Shown here in pieces: positions 34,432-42,970 of a stretch of DNA of 64,000 nt. This DNA is from Candidatus Poriferihabitaceae bacterium. GTDB taxonomy: Bacteria; Pseudomonadota; Gammaproteobacteria; Arenicellales; Poriferihabitantaceae. Location: positions 771,461-835,460 of the forward strand of contig OZ241969.1 in NCBI GenBank assembly GCA_965204165.1, read 5' to 3'. The first letter of the stretch is position 1. The number at the start of each line of letters is the position of its first letter. The position numbers and the translations under genes were made by a program. The notes below the pieces were generated by a model. The model had not been told where the DNA came from. It worked only from the letters and a program-made list of their open reading frames with translations, and did no database searches.

Positions 34432-36762
34432 CTCACAACACCCCACATTCAACTCAGTCGGTTTTGATCATTCCCATAGTTTTCAGCGCCCGGTATGTTG
34501 AAGTGGCCTGACGGAGCAGGACATACCCCTTCCAGACCATGGTGGTGCCCGGCAGCGGCTGGCTGTTGCGCGGATGGAATCCGGCGAGCCTGGCGATGTC
34601 GACCACCAGCGTACGGATGTCGGGGGGCCGCTCCGGCGGCGGGCGTGCGCGGAGGATTCCATGGGCCATGAGCCGGACGTAGAGAATGGCGATTTCGTCC
34701 TTGGAGACGACCCGGTCGGCGGGGACGTCCGGCTTGTCGCGGGCCATGCGCTCGAGATCGAACACATGGCAGGCGGTGATGGCGTCGAAGGCGAGGCACT
34801 TCCTGAGGTCGTCGGCGTGGTCGAACCGGTGGTCCTCGACCCGGGCGCCGGATTTCAGCACCCGGAAGTATTCCTCGATGGTCCACCGGCGCTCGTACCA
34901 GCCAACGACGGTCCGGGCGGTCGCCGCGTCCGCGGCGCCCTCGGTGCTCAGCAGCACCCAGTGCAGGGGCTCGCTGCCCGGAGACGGGCTCCTCTCGGTC
35001 GCGACGACGGCCAGGACCTCGATCGGTCCCCCGTGCCCGGCGCGGTTCTCCGGCTTTACCGGCGGAAGCACCCTCACCCTGCCGGCGCGCAGTTCGATCT
35101 TCGCCTTGCGACCGGAACGCGCCCGCCTGCCGCCGCAGGCCCGGATCTTCACCGTTCGGGAACCGACCCTCGGCAGCGTGGCGACATGGTCCCACAGGGT
35201 CTCCTCGCCGCCCGCCTCCACGAGCACGCGGCGTCTCGTCGACCGCCGCGCGCGCACCAGCAGACCCGCGCCCAGGGATTCCGCCCGGGCGAACAACGCC
35301 CAGATGTCCGCCTCCCGGTCGCACACCGTGACCACCCGCGTGGACGGACAGGCGCGGGCGAGTTCCCCCGCCCGGTCCAGCCCGTGCCCCCAGCGCGCGC
35401 TCGCCACCTCGTCCCTGCCTTCGTCGCAATAGGTCCCGTCCAGGCAGAACACCCCAAGGGGCCGCCCGGCCTCGTTGACCGCCAGTCCCACATGCGCCAG
35501 CAGGCCCAGGGTGTGGCCTTTCCCGCCGCCGCCGAAGTCCACCAGCCCGCCGGTCGCCGCCAGACCGTCGTAATTCACCGTGGTGGTGTCCTGGATCGCC
35601 AGGACGGTCTCCTCGAGCCCGCAGCGCTCCACCATCGTCGCCTGATGCGGCTCCAGTATGTGGTTCATGGTCACACCCTCGTTCGACAACAGCCGGTAGG
35701 CGGCCTTGCGGTCCGCCCGCGCCGGGAAGATCTCCGGAACCGCGGCGCCCGGATGCTCCAGCCACGCCCGCCCCATGGACACGATCCTCTCCCGGACCCG
35801 GCCGTCGGGATGGGTGCTGCGCGCGTATTCCCGCCCGGCCCAGTCCGTGGCCCCGTCCATGTGCAGGGCCGGGGCCCTGTGGATGGCCCGGCCCGGCTCG
35901 GCGCACAATACCACACGCCAGGGTTCCGCCAGCGGCTTCATCCACACCGTGCATCCCGCCGTGGTGGCCTTCGCGCAGCGCCGCCAGTCCGCCGCCCGGT
36001 AGCAGGTTCCGCAATGGCCGGGACCCACATACGTGTAGGCCATCGCCGGGCGGACCCCGTACGCCGCCTCCCAGTCCGCCGCCACGCGCCGCGCCGCCAG
36101 GTCCAGCGCGCACGAGGCCAGACCGTGAACCCGGACCCCGGGCAGGATCAGGAAACGATGGTTGTTGACCACCTTCCCCAGGTTCGCCGCCCGCGCGTCC
36201 GCCGACCAGCCGATGAACTCGTCCCGGGCCTTCTGGTGCCAGCCCGCGGCGCAGAATCCGATCCCCCCGAGACGGCCATGGACCGCGGAACATACCCAGT
36301 AGCGCATCTGGCCCCCCGGCGCACGGGCCCAGCCCCGGGGGTGATGCGTCGCCATCATCGACTCCCAGCGGCGGCGGTCCGCCTTCCCCGATACCGGCTC
36401 CAGCAACACCTGGCCCAGTTCCGCCAGACCGCACCGGAGCCGGCAGTCGGGATAATCCGGATCCGGGGCCCCGTCCCGGCGTCCGCCGAATGCCGGACGG
36501 GCCGGAGGCAACGAAACCCCCAGCCGGTCCGCGAGAACCGGAAGGGCCTTGCGCGCCGAGCCCAGACAGTACTCGCCGCGGTCCCCCGTCCAGTCCTCGC
36601 GGATGCACAACTCACGGGCCAGCGAACTCCGCGTGCGGCCCGCTTCGGAAACCGCATCGCAAAACCAACTCACCGTCCCGGCGTCAAACTGGTGAAGACC
36701 TACCTGCATGCCCGGAAATGTACCGGGTCAGGCTTACTGAGTCAACTGTGGGCAGTTGTGAG
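34432..36762 (-). mobile_element. IS4-family (Tn5/IS50-like) insertion sequence, 2,331 bp
   Basis: The ~28-bp imperfect terminal inverted repeats are CTCACAACACCCCACATTCAACTCAGT (left) and the reverse complement of ACTGAGTCAACTGTGGGCAGTTGTGAG (right). They are flanked by an exact 9-bp duplication GCCGGCGTG (34423-34431 and 36763-36771). Tn5-like elements make 9-bp TSDs. Confidence 0.85.
34454..36709 (-). CDS. IS4-family (Tn5-like) DDE transposase with a ~300-aa N-terminal extension (DUF4338-like)
   Basis: 751 aa. DDE/YREK hallmarks are LAIQDTTTVNY, VTVCDREADIW and YERRWTIEEYFRVLKSG. The N-terminal part (HHPRGWARAPGGQMRYWVCS..GGIGFCAAGWHQKARDEFIGW..NNHRFLILPGV) resembles DUF4338 as I remember it. 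Confidence 0.85.
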   Translation of the reverse strand: MQVGLHQFDAGTVSWFCDAVSEAGRTRSSLARELCIREDWTGDRGEYCLGSARKALPVLADRLGVSLPPARPAFGGRRDGAPDPDYPDCRLRCGLAELGQVLLEPVSGKADRRRWESMMATHHPRGWARAPGGQMRYWVCSAVHGRLGGIGFCAAGWHQKARDEFIGWSADARAANLGKVVNNHRFLILPGVRVHGLASCALDLAARRVAADWEAAYGVRPAMAYTYVGPGHCGTCYRAADWRRCAKATTAGCTVWMKPLAEPWRVVLCAEPGRAIHRAPALHMDGATDWAGREYARSTHPDGRVRERIVSMGRAWLEHPGAAVPEIFPARADRKAAYRLLSNEGVTMNHILEPHQATMVERCGLEETVLAIQDTTTVNYDGLAATGGLVDFGGGGKGHTLGLLAHVGLAVNEAGRPLGVFCLDGTYCDEGRDEVASARWGHGLDRAGELARACPSTRVVTVCDREADIWALFARAESLGAGLLVRARRSTRRRVLVEAGGEETLWDHVATLPRVGSRTVKIRACGGRRARSGRKAKIELRAGRVRVLPPVKPENRAGHGGPIEVLAVVATERSPSPGSEPLHWVLLSTEGAADAATARTVVGWYERRWTIEEYFRVLKSGARVEDHRFDHADDLRKCLAFDAITACHVFDLERMARDKPDVPADRVVSKDEIAILYVRLMAHGILRARPPPERPPDIRTLVVDIARLAGFHPRNSQPLPGTTMVWKGYVLLRQATSTYRALKTMGMIKTD

Positions 36763-36830
36763 GCCGGCGTGTGGGCGACGATCACCGGGCAGGTGGTCGT
36801 CGCGTTGTAGATCGTGATATCCGGCTGCAT
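36763..36830 (-). pseudogene. 5' part of the small gene interrupted by the IS4-family element
   Basis: ATG at 36830 (MQPDITIYNATTTCPVIVAHTPA-), continuing at 34431. Confidence 0.6.
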
Positions 36831-36860
36831 GGGTGAGGTGTCCCTCGGGTGTTCCCGGAA

Positions 36861-37301
36861 TCAGAACGGGATCTCGCCGTCATCCTCTCCATTTCCATCA
36901 AATCCTTCAAATTCGCCATACCCGTCATACTCGTCATCCCCGTAAGGCGTCCGCCCCAGATCCGCCATATCCCATACATCCCCCATGACCTGCAGACGGA
37001 TGGCCTCTCCGACGAGCATCGACAGGCAGCCGTCGCCGTCCTCCCGGTCCTCCTCGATGGCCGCGGCCGCGAGCGCCAGTATCCGCACGGCGTCGGCCGC
37101 GGGAAGGTCGGCAACCATGGCCGTCGCCGCCTCGCACCGGTTCATCGTCCGCGTGCCTTCGTCCACGGAGCCGTCCAGCGGGTCGGGGCATTCGACGAAA
37201 TTCCGGAACGCGTTCAGCATGGCCCTCATTGCCCGGGTGCGCCTTTTTCCAAGTTTTCCCTGCTTTTCGTGTTGCTCCTGTTTCCCACGTCTCGATGCCA
37301 T
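36861..37301 (-). CDS. Acidic helical protein (146 aa) ending in an SSB-like C-terminal tip (..GEDDGEIPF)
   Basis: MASRRGKQEQHEKQGK... ...DDEYDGYGEFEGFDGNGEDDGEIPF. No OB-fold-like N-terminus. The terminal D/E-rich run plus IPF mirrors E. coli SSB (DDDIPF) and the local SSB (EEDLPF). Confidence 0.55.
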   Translation of the reverse strand: MASRRGKQEQHEKQGKLGKRRTRAMRAMLNAFRNFVECPDPLDGSVDEGTRTMNRCEAATAMVADLPAADAVRILALAAAAIEEDREDGDGCLSMLVGEAIRLQVMGDVWDMADLGRTPYGDDEYDGYGEFEGFDGNGEDDGEIPF

Positions 37302-37502
37302 GGATTCCGTCTCTTGCCGTTGCCGGGGAGAGTAGTAACACGATTCCGACGGATTTTCCATGGCCCGACGAGATACGGACGAACCCATGTTTTCCGATCC
37401 GCCATAGTGCGGCAGTGCCGGATCACGGCAGGCACGGAAATTCGTCCACGCCCCAGGATTCTCTATCTTCCGGTGTCCACATTCCAGAACAGCGAACCTG
37501 CC

Positions 37503-38840
37503 ATGACCTGTCTTCCAGTTCCTCCGGATTTCCCGGTATCTTCAACGGCTGGCGGAGGAATTCCGTACTGCCCGGAATCCAGCACCGCCAACCCGGCCAC
37601 CGCCGGCCTGATCCGGAAATCCATCGCCCCCAATACCAGCAGGGCCTACCGGGGTGCACTTGAACGACTGGACGCATGGCTCGATGGCCGCGTCCTGGAC
37701 GATGAAGCCCTGGCCGAGTGGATTGCCGGCCTGCATGACAGGGGGCTTTCGGCAACCACCGCCGCCATGGCCGTGGCCGCCGCCCGGTTCCGGGCGAGGA
37801 TGGCCGGGCAGGACGGAAAATGGGATCCGGCGGGGCCGGTGACCCGAAGGACCCTTGCCGGCATCCGCAGAAGTTCAAAGGACCGGGGACGGGGGCAGGT
37901 GGCCGGTGTGCCGTGGGAGGAGGCGGACCGGGTGGTGGAAGAGGCGGTGCGGGAAAAGACTCTCCGGGGAATGCGGGACGCCGCCCTGATCGCGGTGGGT
38001 TCCGATGCCCTCCTGCGGGTGTCGGAGATGGTGGCTATCAACGCTGGTGACATCGAGCGGGACACGGACGGCTCCGCCGTGCTGCATGTTCGGCGTTCGA
38101 AGACGGATCAGGAGGGGATGGGAGCGACCTGTTATCTGGGACGCCGCACGGTGGAGGTGCTGGACTCATGGATGGCATCGGCCGGGATCGGGCAAGATGG
38201 GGATGAAGCGGTTTTCCGTTCAACCAGGAAGGGCGGTGCCGTGGGAAGTCGGCTGTCGGACCGCTCGGCCCGTTCCATTGTGGCGGCCCGTTGCGGGAGA
38301 AGCAATGAAAGAGTGTCCGGGCATTCCCTCAGGGTGGGTTCGGCGCTCAGTCTTGCGCGGGCCGGGGCCAGTCTCGTGGAGCTTCAGCAGGCCGGCCGCT
38401 GGAAATCCCCGGAGATGCCGGCGAGGTACACCCGCGGGGAGTCTGCGCGGCGGGGTCCGGTGGCGCGGCTTCGGCACGGGCAGGCGGGAGAAAGGCGACG
38501 GGAAGCCGGAGATTGCCTGGATACCGGTGACAGACCTGCCGAATCCTCGGCGGACAAGGTCCGGAATACGGCAAGGAATCCGGCCCCTGGAGGTGGGAAG
38601 ATTCCGGGAATTCGGGTTAATGGAAGTAAAGCGGGGATTGGTTCTGCCCTGCTGAAGATTTGGCGGAAGACAATGCTCCGCCTTGCCGTTTCTCCGCAGT
38701 CGGGCAATTCACGCCCCATTGGTAAACAGGAATGTACAGGGCGGCGGGAATGGTCGTCAAGCCCGGATTCGGGTTCGAGGCCGGGTGATTCAGAAACATC
38801 CGGAATGCCGGAAATTCCACTGCCGGCGGGATTTCCGTGA
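37503..38840 (+). CDS. Tyrosine recombinase (Cre/XerD-like) with a long low-quality C-terminal tail
   Basis: NTSRAYRGALERLDAWL; RDAALIAVGSDALLRVSEM; the catalytic region is GHSLRVGSALSLARAGASLVELQQAGRWKSPEMPARYTRGE. The ~110 aa after the catalytic Tyr look non-protein-like. Confidence 0.75.
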   Translation: MTCLPVPPDFPVSSTAGGGIPYCPESSTANPATAGLIRKSIAPNTSRAYRGALERLDAWLDGRVLDDEALAEWIAGLHDRGLSATTAAMAVAAARFRARMAGQDGKWDPAGPVTRRTLAGIRRSSKDRGRGQVAGVPWEEADRVVEEAVREKTLRGMRDAALIAVGSDALLRVSEMVAINAGDIERDTDGSAVLHVRRSKTDQEGMGATCYLGRRTVEVLDSWMASAGIGQDGDEAVFRSTRKGGAVGSRLSDRSARSIVAARCGRSNERVSGHSLRVGSALSLARAGASLVELQQAGRWKSPEMPARYTRGESARRGPVARLRHGQAGERRREAGDCLDTGDRPAESSADKVRNTARNPAPGGGKIPGIRVNGSKAGIGSALLKIWRKTMLRLAVSPQSGNSRPIGKQECTGRREWSSSPDSGSRPGDSETSGMPEIPLPAGFP

Positions 38841-38921
38841 GGCCGAGGCTCCGCCATCGCACAGGTACAGCGTGATCCATTGGTTCCATTAACCCGAATG
38901 AACAGAACCAATGAGAGCAAG

Positions 38922-40466
38922 ATGACGATGAAGCAGAAACCTCCCGCAACCCGTTCTTCCGCCGGAACGGAAAAAATCCGGTCTGTGCTTGCCGCCGTGT
39001 TCCTGAGCCTGACCCTGGCCGCCTGCGGTGGGGGCGGGGGTTCCGGTGGATCAGGCGGAATGTCCGGCACGGGCAACACCGGCGGGGATGCCGGTAACAA
39101 TGACCACCCGGACACGCCGGCCGGCGCCACGATCATCATGCCCGATTCTCCCACCGCCGGAAGAATCGACTCGGCCACCGACGTGGATTATTTCAAGCTG
39201 GAAATCAGCGAGGAAGGAAACCTGATTCTCAACACATCCGGATCGGCAAACCCCTTCATTCAAGTCTACGACGCACAAGGAAACGAGATACCAGGCACAG
39301 CTGGCAGCTGGATAATTTCAATTACCCAGGACGTCCTGGCTAATGGCGGTTTCGTCATCATCAAGATATCGGGAGGAATTTCACGGGAATCTTACATACT
39401 GACCACGGAATTCGTGGACTCTTCAGAAATCGGGCTTGTCACGAATCCGGATCCATTGCTCTCCGGAACCACCGACGGATACGTCACACCGGCGTATGCC
39501 AAAGAGACTTCGGACACAATGGACAGCATGCGGGGCACTCCATTCAGGGTCCTTGCTTCATCGATCGAACGGAACTGGGGTGACAACGGGGGGGCGGAAC
39601 CCGCCGGCAAGTCGGTCTACGTCGCTTCCGTGACCGAAAACGCCGATGGAGGGGCGACAGCCGTTTACATCGTGAACGGGCTTCAGCATGTGATCGACAT
39701 TCCGAAGGCAAACTTCCGTGACGGATTGCCTTGGCCCGACAATGTAGTTGCAATCGTCGAGGGTGACGGCGGCGACGGGCAACCCTACGCTGGCTACACT
39801 CTTGTGAAGAACAGTTTGGGCCAGACGAACCCGTTGAACATGGACTACTACTCGCTTGGGTACTGGACTTATGAAACAGGGACTTTCCGCCCGGATGATC
39901 CGGATCATCGCGTGGGTGGCGAAGTGGTCCCCTATATCTCCAGCGGCACTGTTTACGGTGGCCAACTGGTCTACGGCCTGAGAACCGACCCTGATGACCT
40001 TCCTTCAGGAACGGCCAGTTACACCGGACAAATGTATTTCACCGCCTATGCGGATGTACCCAGACCAACCGCCTACTACCACAGAATAAACGTATGGAGC
40101 CCGTTACGCCTGGATGTAAACCTTGACACGCTTACACTCACCGGAGAAGGAACCGGCGTCTGGGGGAGGTCAACAGGCGAGGAGGGTAGAGAATGGATTG
40201 AGCTTCCCGAGACGCAATCAATCGCTGTCTCTGACGGACGTATTTCCGAAGGACGCTTTGTTGCCAGATGGAACGGCCTTGACACCGACGTGAACAGTGA
40301 CCCGAGGGACAGCATCCGGGGATACTCAGGAGCGATCATCGGAGATTTCTACGGTCCGAACGCAGAGGAGGCGGCCGGCGTGGTCAACGGCGGGCGGCCC
40401 CCTATGGGTGGCAATGCAGGGACAGTCGTTTTCGGTGTCTTCGGGGCTGAGAAAACCGGACCATGA
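38922..40466 (+). CDS. Surface lipoprotein 1: lipobox, PPC-like domain, TbpB-like C-terminal beta-barrel
   Basis: Lipobox LSLTLAAC-GGGG. DVDYFKLEISEEGNLILNTSG..VYDAQGNEI is pre-peptidase-C-like. The C-terminus GAIIGDFYGPNAEEAAGVV......GTVVFGVFGAEK matches the TbpB/fHbp-type barrel end (FYGP.AEE.GG ... VVFGAK). Confidence 0.75.
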   Translation: MTMKQKPPATRSSAGTEKIRSVLAAVFLSLTLAACGGGGGSGGSGGMSGTGNTGGDAGNNDHPDTPAGATIIMPDSPTAGRIDSATDVDYFKLEISEEGNLILNTSGSANPFIQVYDAQGNEIPGTAGSWIISITQDVLANGGFVIIKISGGISRESYILTTEFVDSSEIGLVTNPDPLLSGTTDGYVTPAYAKETSDTMDSMRGTPFRVLASSIERNWGDNGGAEPAGKSVYVASVTENADGGATAVYIVNGLQHVIDIPKANFRDGLPWPDNVVAIVEGDGGDGQPYAGYTLVKNSLGQTNPLNMDYYSLGYWTYETGTFRPDDPDHRVGGEVVPYISSGTVYGGQLVYGLRTDPDDLPSGTASYTGQMYFTAYADVPRPTAYYHRINVWSPLRLDVNLDTLTLTGEGTGVWGRSTGEEGREWIELPETQSIAVSDGRISEGRFVARWNGLDTDVNSDPRDSIRGYSGAIIGDFYGPNAEEAAGVVNGGRPPMGGNAGTVVFGVFGAEKTGP

Positions 40467-40601
40467 ATATTCGAAATACAGTGCATCTTGCGGTTGCCAG
40501 GGTTTGCCCTCCTGACTTGACTCCCAGTCAGATGATTGCTGACGATGTCTGCGGGAATGTTCACTGATGGCCGTAGGCGGCGCTCACAAACCACCCGGAT
40601 C

Positions 40602-41225
40602 ATGAAAGTCTGGATAGCTGCAGCTGCAATACTGGTCTCCACGACAGGGCCACAATCTGCAAATGCATTCGAACCCCTGACCGCTTTGACGGTGAAGGTT
40701 GGTACGTCGCTGGTCGTGAAGGGATTCAACTACCTGCTGGGGAAGGCCACTCAAGGACCCGATTTGCAATTCGAGACGATAAAGCAGATTCACGGGGAAC
40801 TGCGCGCGGTACGCGGTGATGTGCTGAAAAATCGTCAAGTCCAGCTTGACTTGCATGAACGAGCGACCGTCCATCGTAATGAAATCGTGGAATTGGTCAT
40901 CAATGTTGGGGAGGGGGTGAAGGATGCAGTAGAGCGAAGCTCGGAGATGGATCGAATCATTGACGTGCTCGGAACCACCGTGAAAGTGCTCGAAACATTG
41001 GATACCGCACGGAAGGCAATGGATGAGGACAAGAGGGAGGAATACGCAAACACGCTGGAGACATTGCGTGAAGATCTGAGTCGCATCGAGCGCGAAAGTA
41101 TCATACTGGATTACGCCGAACATCTGCGCCCTGTGGCGATACTGCCGAGGATTGGTGCAATCCAGGCAAGATGGATCGCGCTCCAGGCGTTGCCGGCGAC
41201 GGACACCGCCCGAAAAAATTTGTGA
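40602..41225 (+). CDS. Secreted protein, upstream frame (signal peptide MKVWIAAAAILVSTTGPQSANA)
   Basis: Sec-type signal, then a helical, charged sequence. The frame ends at 41225, immediately after an A6 run. Confidence 0.5.
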   Translation: MKVWIAAAAILVSTTGPQSANAFEPLTALTVKVGTSLVVKGFNYLLGKATQGPDLQFETIKQIHGELRAVRGDVLKNRQVQLDLHERATVHRNEIVELVINVGEGVKDAVERSSEMDRIIDVLGTTVKVLETLDTARKAMDEDKREEYANTLETLREDLSRIERESIILDYAEHLRPVAILPRIGAIQARWIALQALPATDTARKNL

Positions 41226-42139
41226 AACGTGCCGGCAATTGGCTTGAATCGCAACGCTATCCGACCGGCGAAGTGGATACGGTGAGGCAGTCGCTCGCAG
41301 ACCTGATCATCGGAATGGAACATCACATCCAGGGACTCGCCCGGTATCTCGCCGAGCTTGGCCGACCTTGTTCACCGTTGTGGAACGGATATCTCACGGT
41401 AGAAGAATATGAATACGACCGGAACATGATCATGGTTTCTGAGGTCGGCATAAGCCAAGCGCATCTTGAGTCAGTACATCCCGGCCGCAAGTTGGCTGTA
41501 GACACCCACTACATCGACAGCATGCTCGTGCAGCCGACGAATCTCGTATGGTCAAAGGAAATCGTGACACTCGACAGTTCACGCCGGCTGCGCGCCGAAG
41601 TTGACGACGCTGGAGCATCGATCCGGCGTACGCTATCAGGCATCCATCGGAACGCTTTTGAATGCGAAGGCCCGCTGAGTGAATCCGCCCGCATGCGCTT
41701 GGTGGACAATATTCCGGACGTTCCGGGGCAGCGTGCAAGAACAGGTGCAGGCCAAATACCTGCCATTGACTACGATCAGGGCCCGCTGGTGCTGGAAGAA
41801 CTCGTCAGGCGTCGCTCCTGTGGCGCACAGGAGGATTGTCGAGCTTATTGGGAATACATCCACAAGCGCCTCGAAGCCGCAAAGATCATGCTGATCGAAC
41901 TGTATTCGATTCGGCGCGAGGTGAATCGAACATTGGAATGGCTCGCGGCCGAGACCAGACAGGCCGAATGCACCTACTGGCGCGATGAACCTCGTGTGTG
42001 TGTTTTCGGCGAAGAAACTGGCAGCGCCGAGATTCCGGCAGCCTCTGAAAGAACAGGGGTAAAAGCTATAGAGACGAGATCGACGGTCGGCACCTATCAG
42101 AAAGCCCGCGATTGGGACGATATGAATGACGGTTGTTGA
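41216..42139 (+). CDS. Downstream frame (-1 relative to 40602-41225); either a continuation by frameshift or a separate gene
   Basis: Open from 41171 to 42139 with protein-like sequence (..NWLESQRYPTGEVDTVRQSLADLIIGMEHHIQGLARYLAELG..). There is no convincing own start or RBS before 41317. Confidence 0.45.
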   Translation, partial: KFVKRAGNWLESQRYPTGEVDTVRQSLADLIIGMEHHIQGLARYLAELGRPCSPLWNGYLTVEEYEYDRNMIMVSEVGISQAHLESVHPGRKLAVDTHYIDSMLVQPTNLVWSKEIVTLDSSRRLRAEVDDAGASIRRTLSGIHRNAFECEGPLSESARMRLVDNIPDVPGQRARTGAGQIPAIDYDQGPLVLEELVRRRSCGAQEDCRAYWEYIHKRLEAAKIMLIELYSIRREVNRTLEWLAAETRQAECTYWRDEPRVCVFGEETGSAEIPAASERTGVKAIETRSTVGTYQKARDWDDMNDGC

Positions 42140-42165
42140 TTAATCCTCCGACTCTGGGAGAATCC

Positions 42166-42970
42166 GAAACCAACCAAACGCTCTGAATGTTCAACCTAAC
42201 CAAACCGAGATACCAAATCATGAATATGAAAAGATACGTGCTGCCTCTGGCAGTTGTCGCGGTATTCGCCCTCGCCGGGTGCGGAGGGGGTAGTACGTCA
42301 ACGCCGGATGATCCCGCCCCACCGGCGGCGGACGCGGGGCTGGCCGCGGCGAAGACTGCTGCGGCCGCTGCGATGGCGGCGGCGCAGACGGCGTATGACG
42401 ATGCGCGGGCGGCGTTCGACGCCGTGATGTCGGACCGGGCGGCTGACGCGGGCTCCTACGCCGTTGCGCAGCACAGGCTGGCCGCGGCGATGGCTGCCCT
42501 CGACAAGGCGAAGGCGGCGAACACCGAGGCCCAGGCGGCCACGGAAACTGCGGCGGCCCGGACGGCGCAGGCGGCGGCCGAGGCGGCGCAGGCGGAGGCC
42601 GAGGCCGCGAAGGCGGAGGTCGTCAAGTACGCGGGCATGGTGACGGCGGCGGCGGGGGAGATGAGAGCCCTGACCGCCGCCAGGACCGCGGCAATGGAAG
42701 CGGCGACGGCGGCGCGCACGGCGGCGACGGCGGCGCGCACGGCGGCTGATCTGGTCAAGGAGCGGCTGGGCGCCGATTCGGAGGCTTACATGGACGCCGA
42801 CGAGGCGGCGACGGCCGCCGAGGCGGCGGCGACGGCTGCCGAGACGGCTTCCGCCAATGCGCAGGCGGACACGATGTCTGCCGACGCGGAGGCCGAGAAG
42901 ACGGCCGCCGAGGGCAAGCAGGCCGAGGCGGAGATGAAGTTAGCGGCCGCTGAGGAACTGGCCCGCCGGG
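42166..42970 (+). repeat. ~805-bp direct repeat, copy 1: promoter-proximal region plus first ~250 codons of lipoprotein 2
   Basis: Near-identical to 45647-46451 at a constant offset of 3,481 bp, with scattered substitutions. Confidence 0.85.

Noticed and set aside
34449-36817. ORFs 34449-36608 (-, 719 aa) and 34574-36817 (+, 747 aa)
   Set aside because: They are alternative-frame and antisense shadows of the Tn5-like transposase gene. Only the 34454-36709 frame has the DDE/YREK motifs.
42330-42960. Apparent low-complexity DNA repeat (GCGGCG/GCCGCC-rich) inside lipoprotein genes 2 and 3
   Set aside because: It is the nucleotide image of an Ala/Glu/Thr-rich coiled-coil coding region in frame with a lipobox and a folded C-terminal domain. 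It is not a non-coding tandem repeat.
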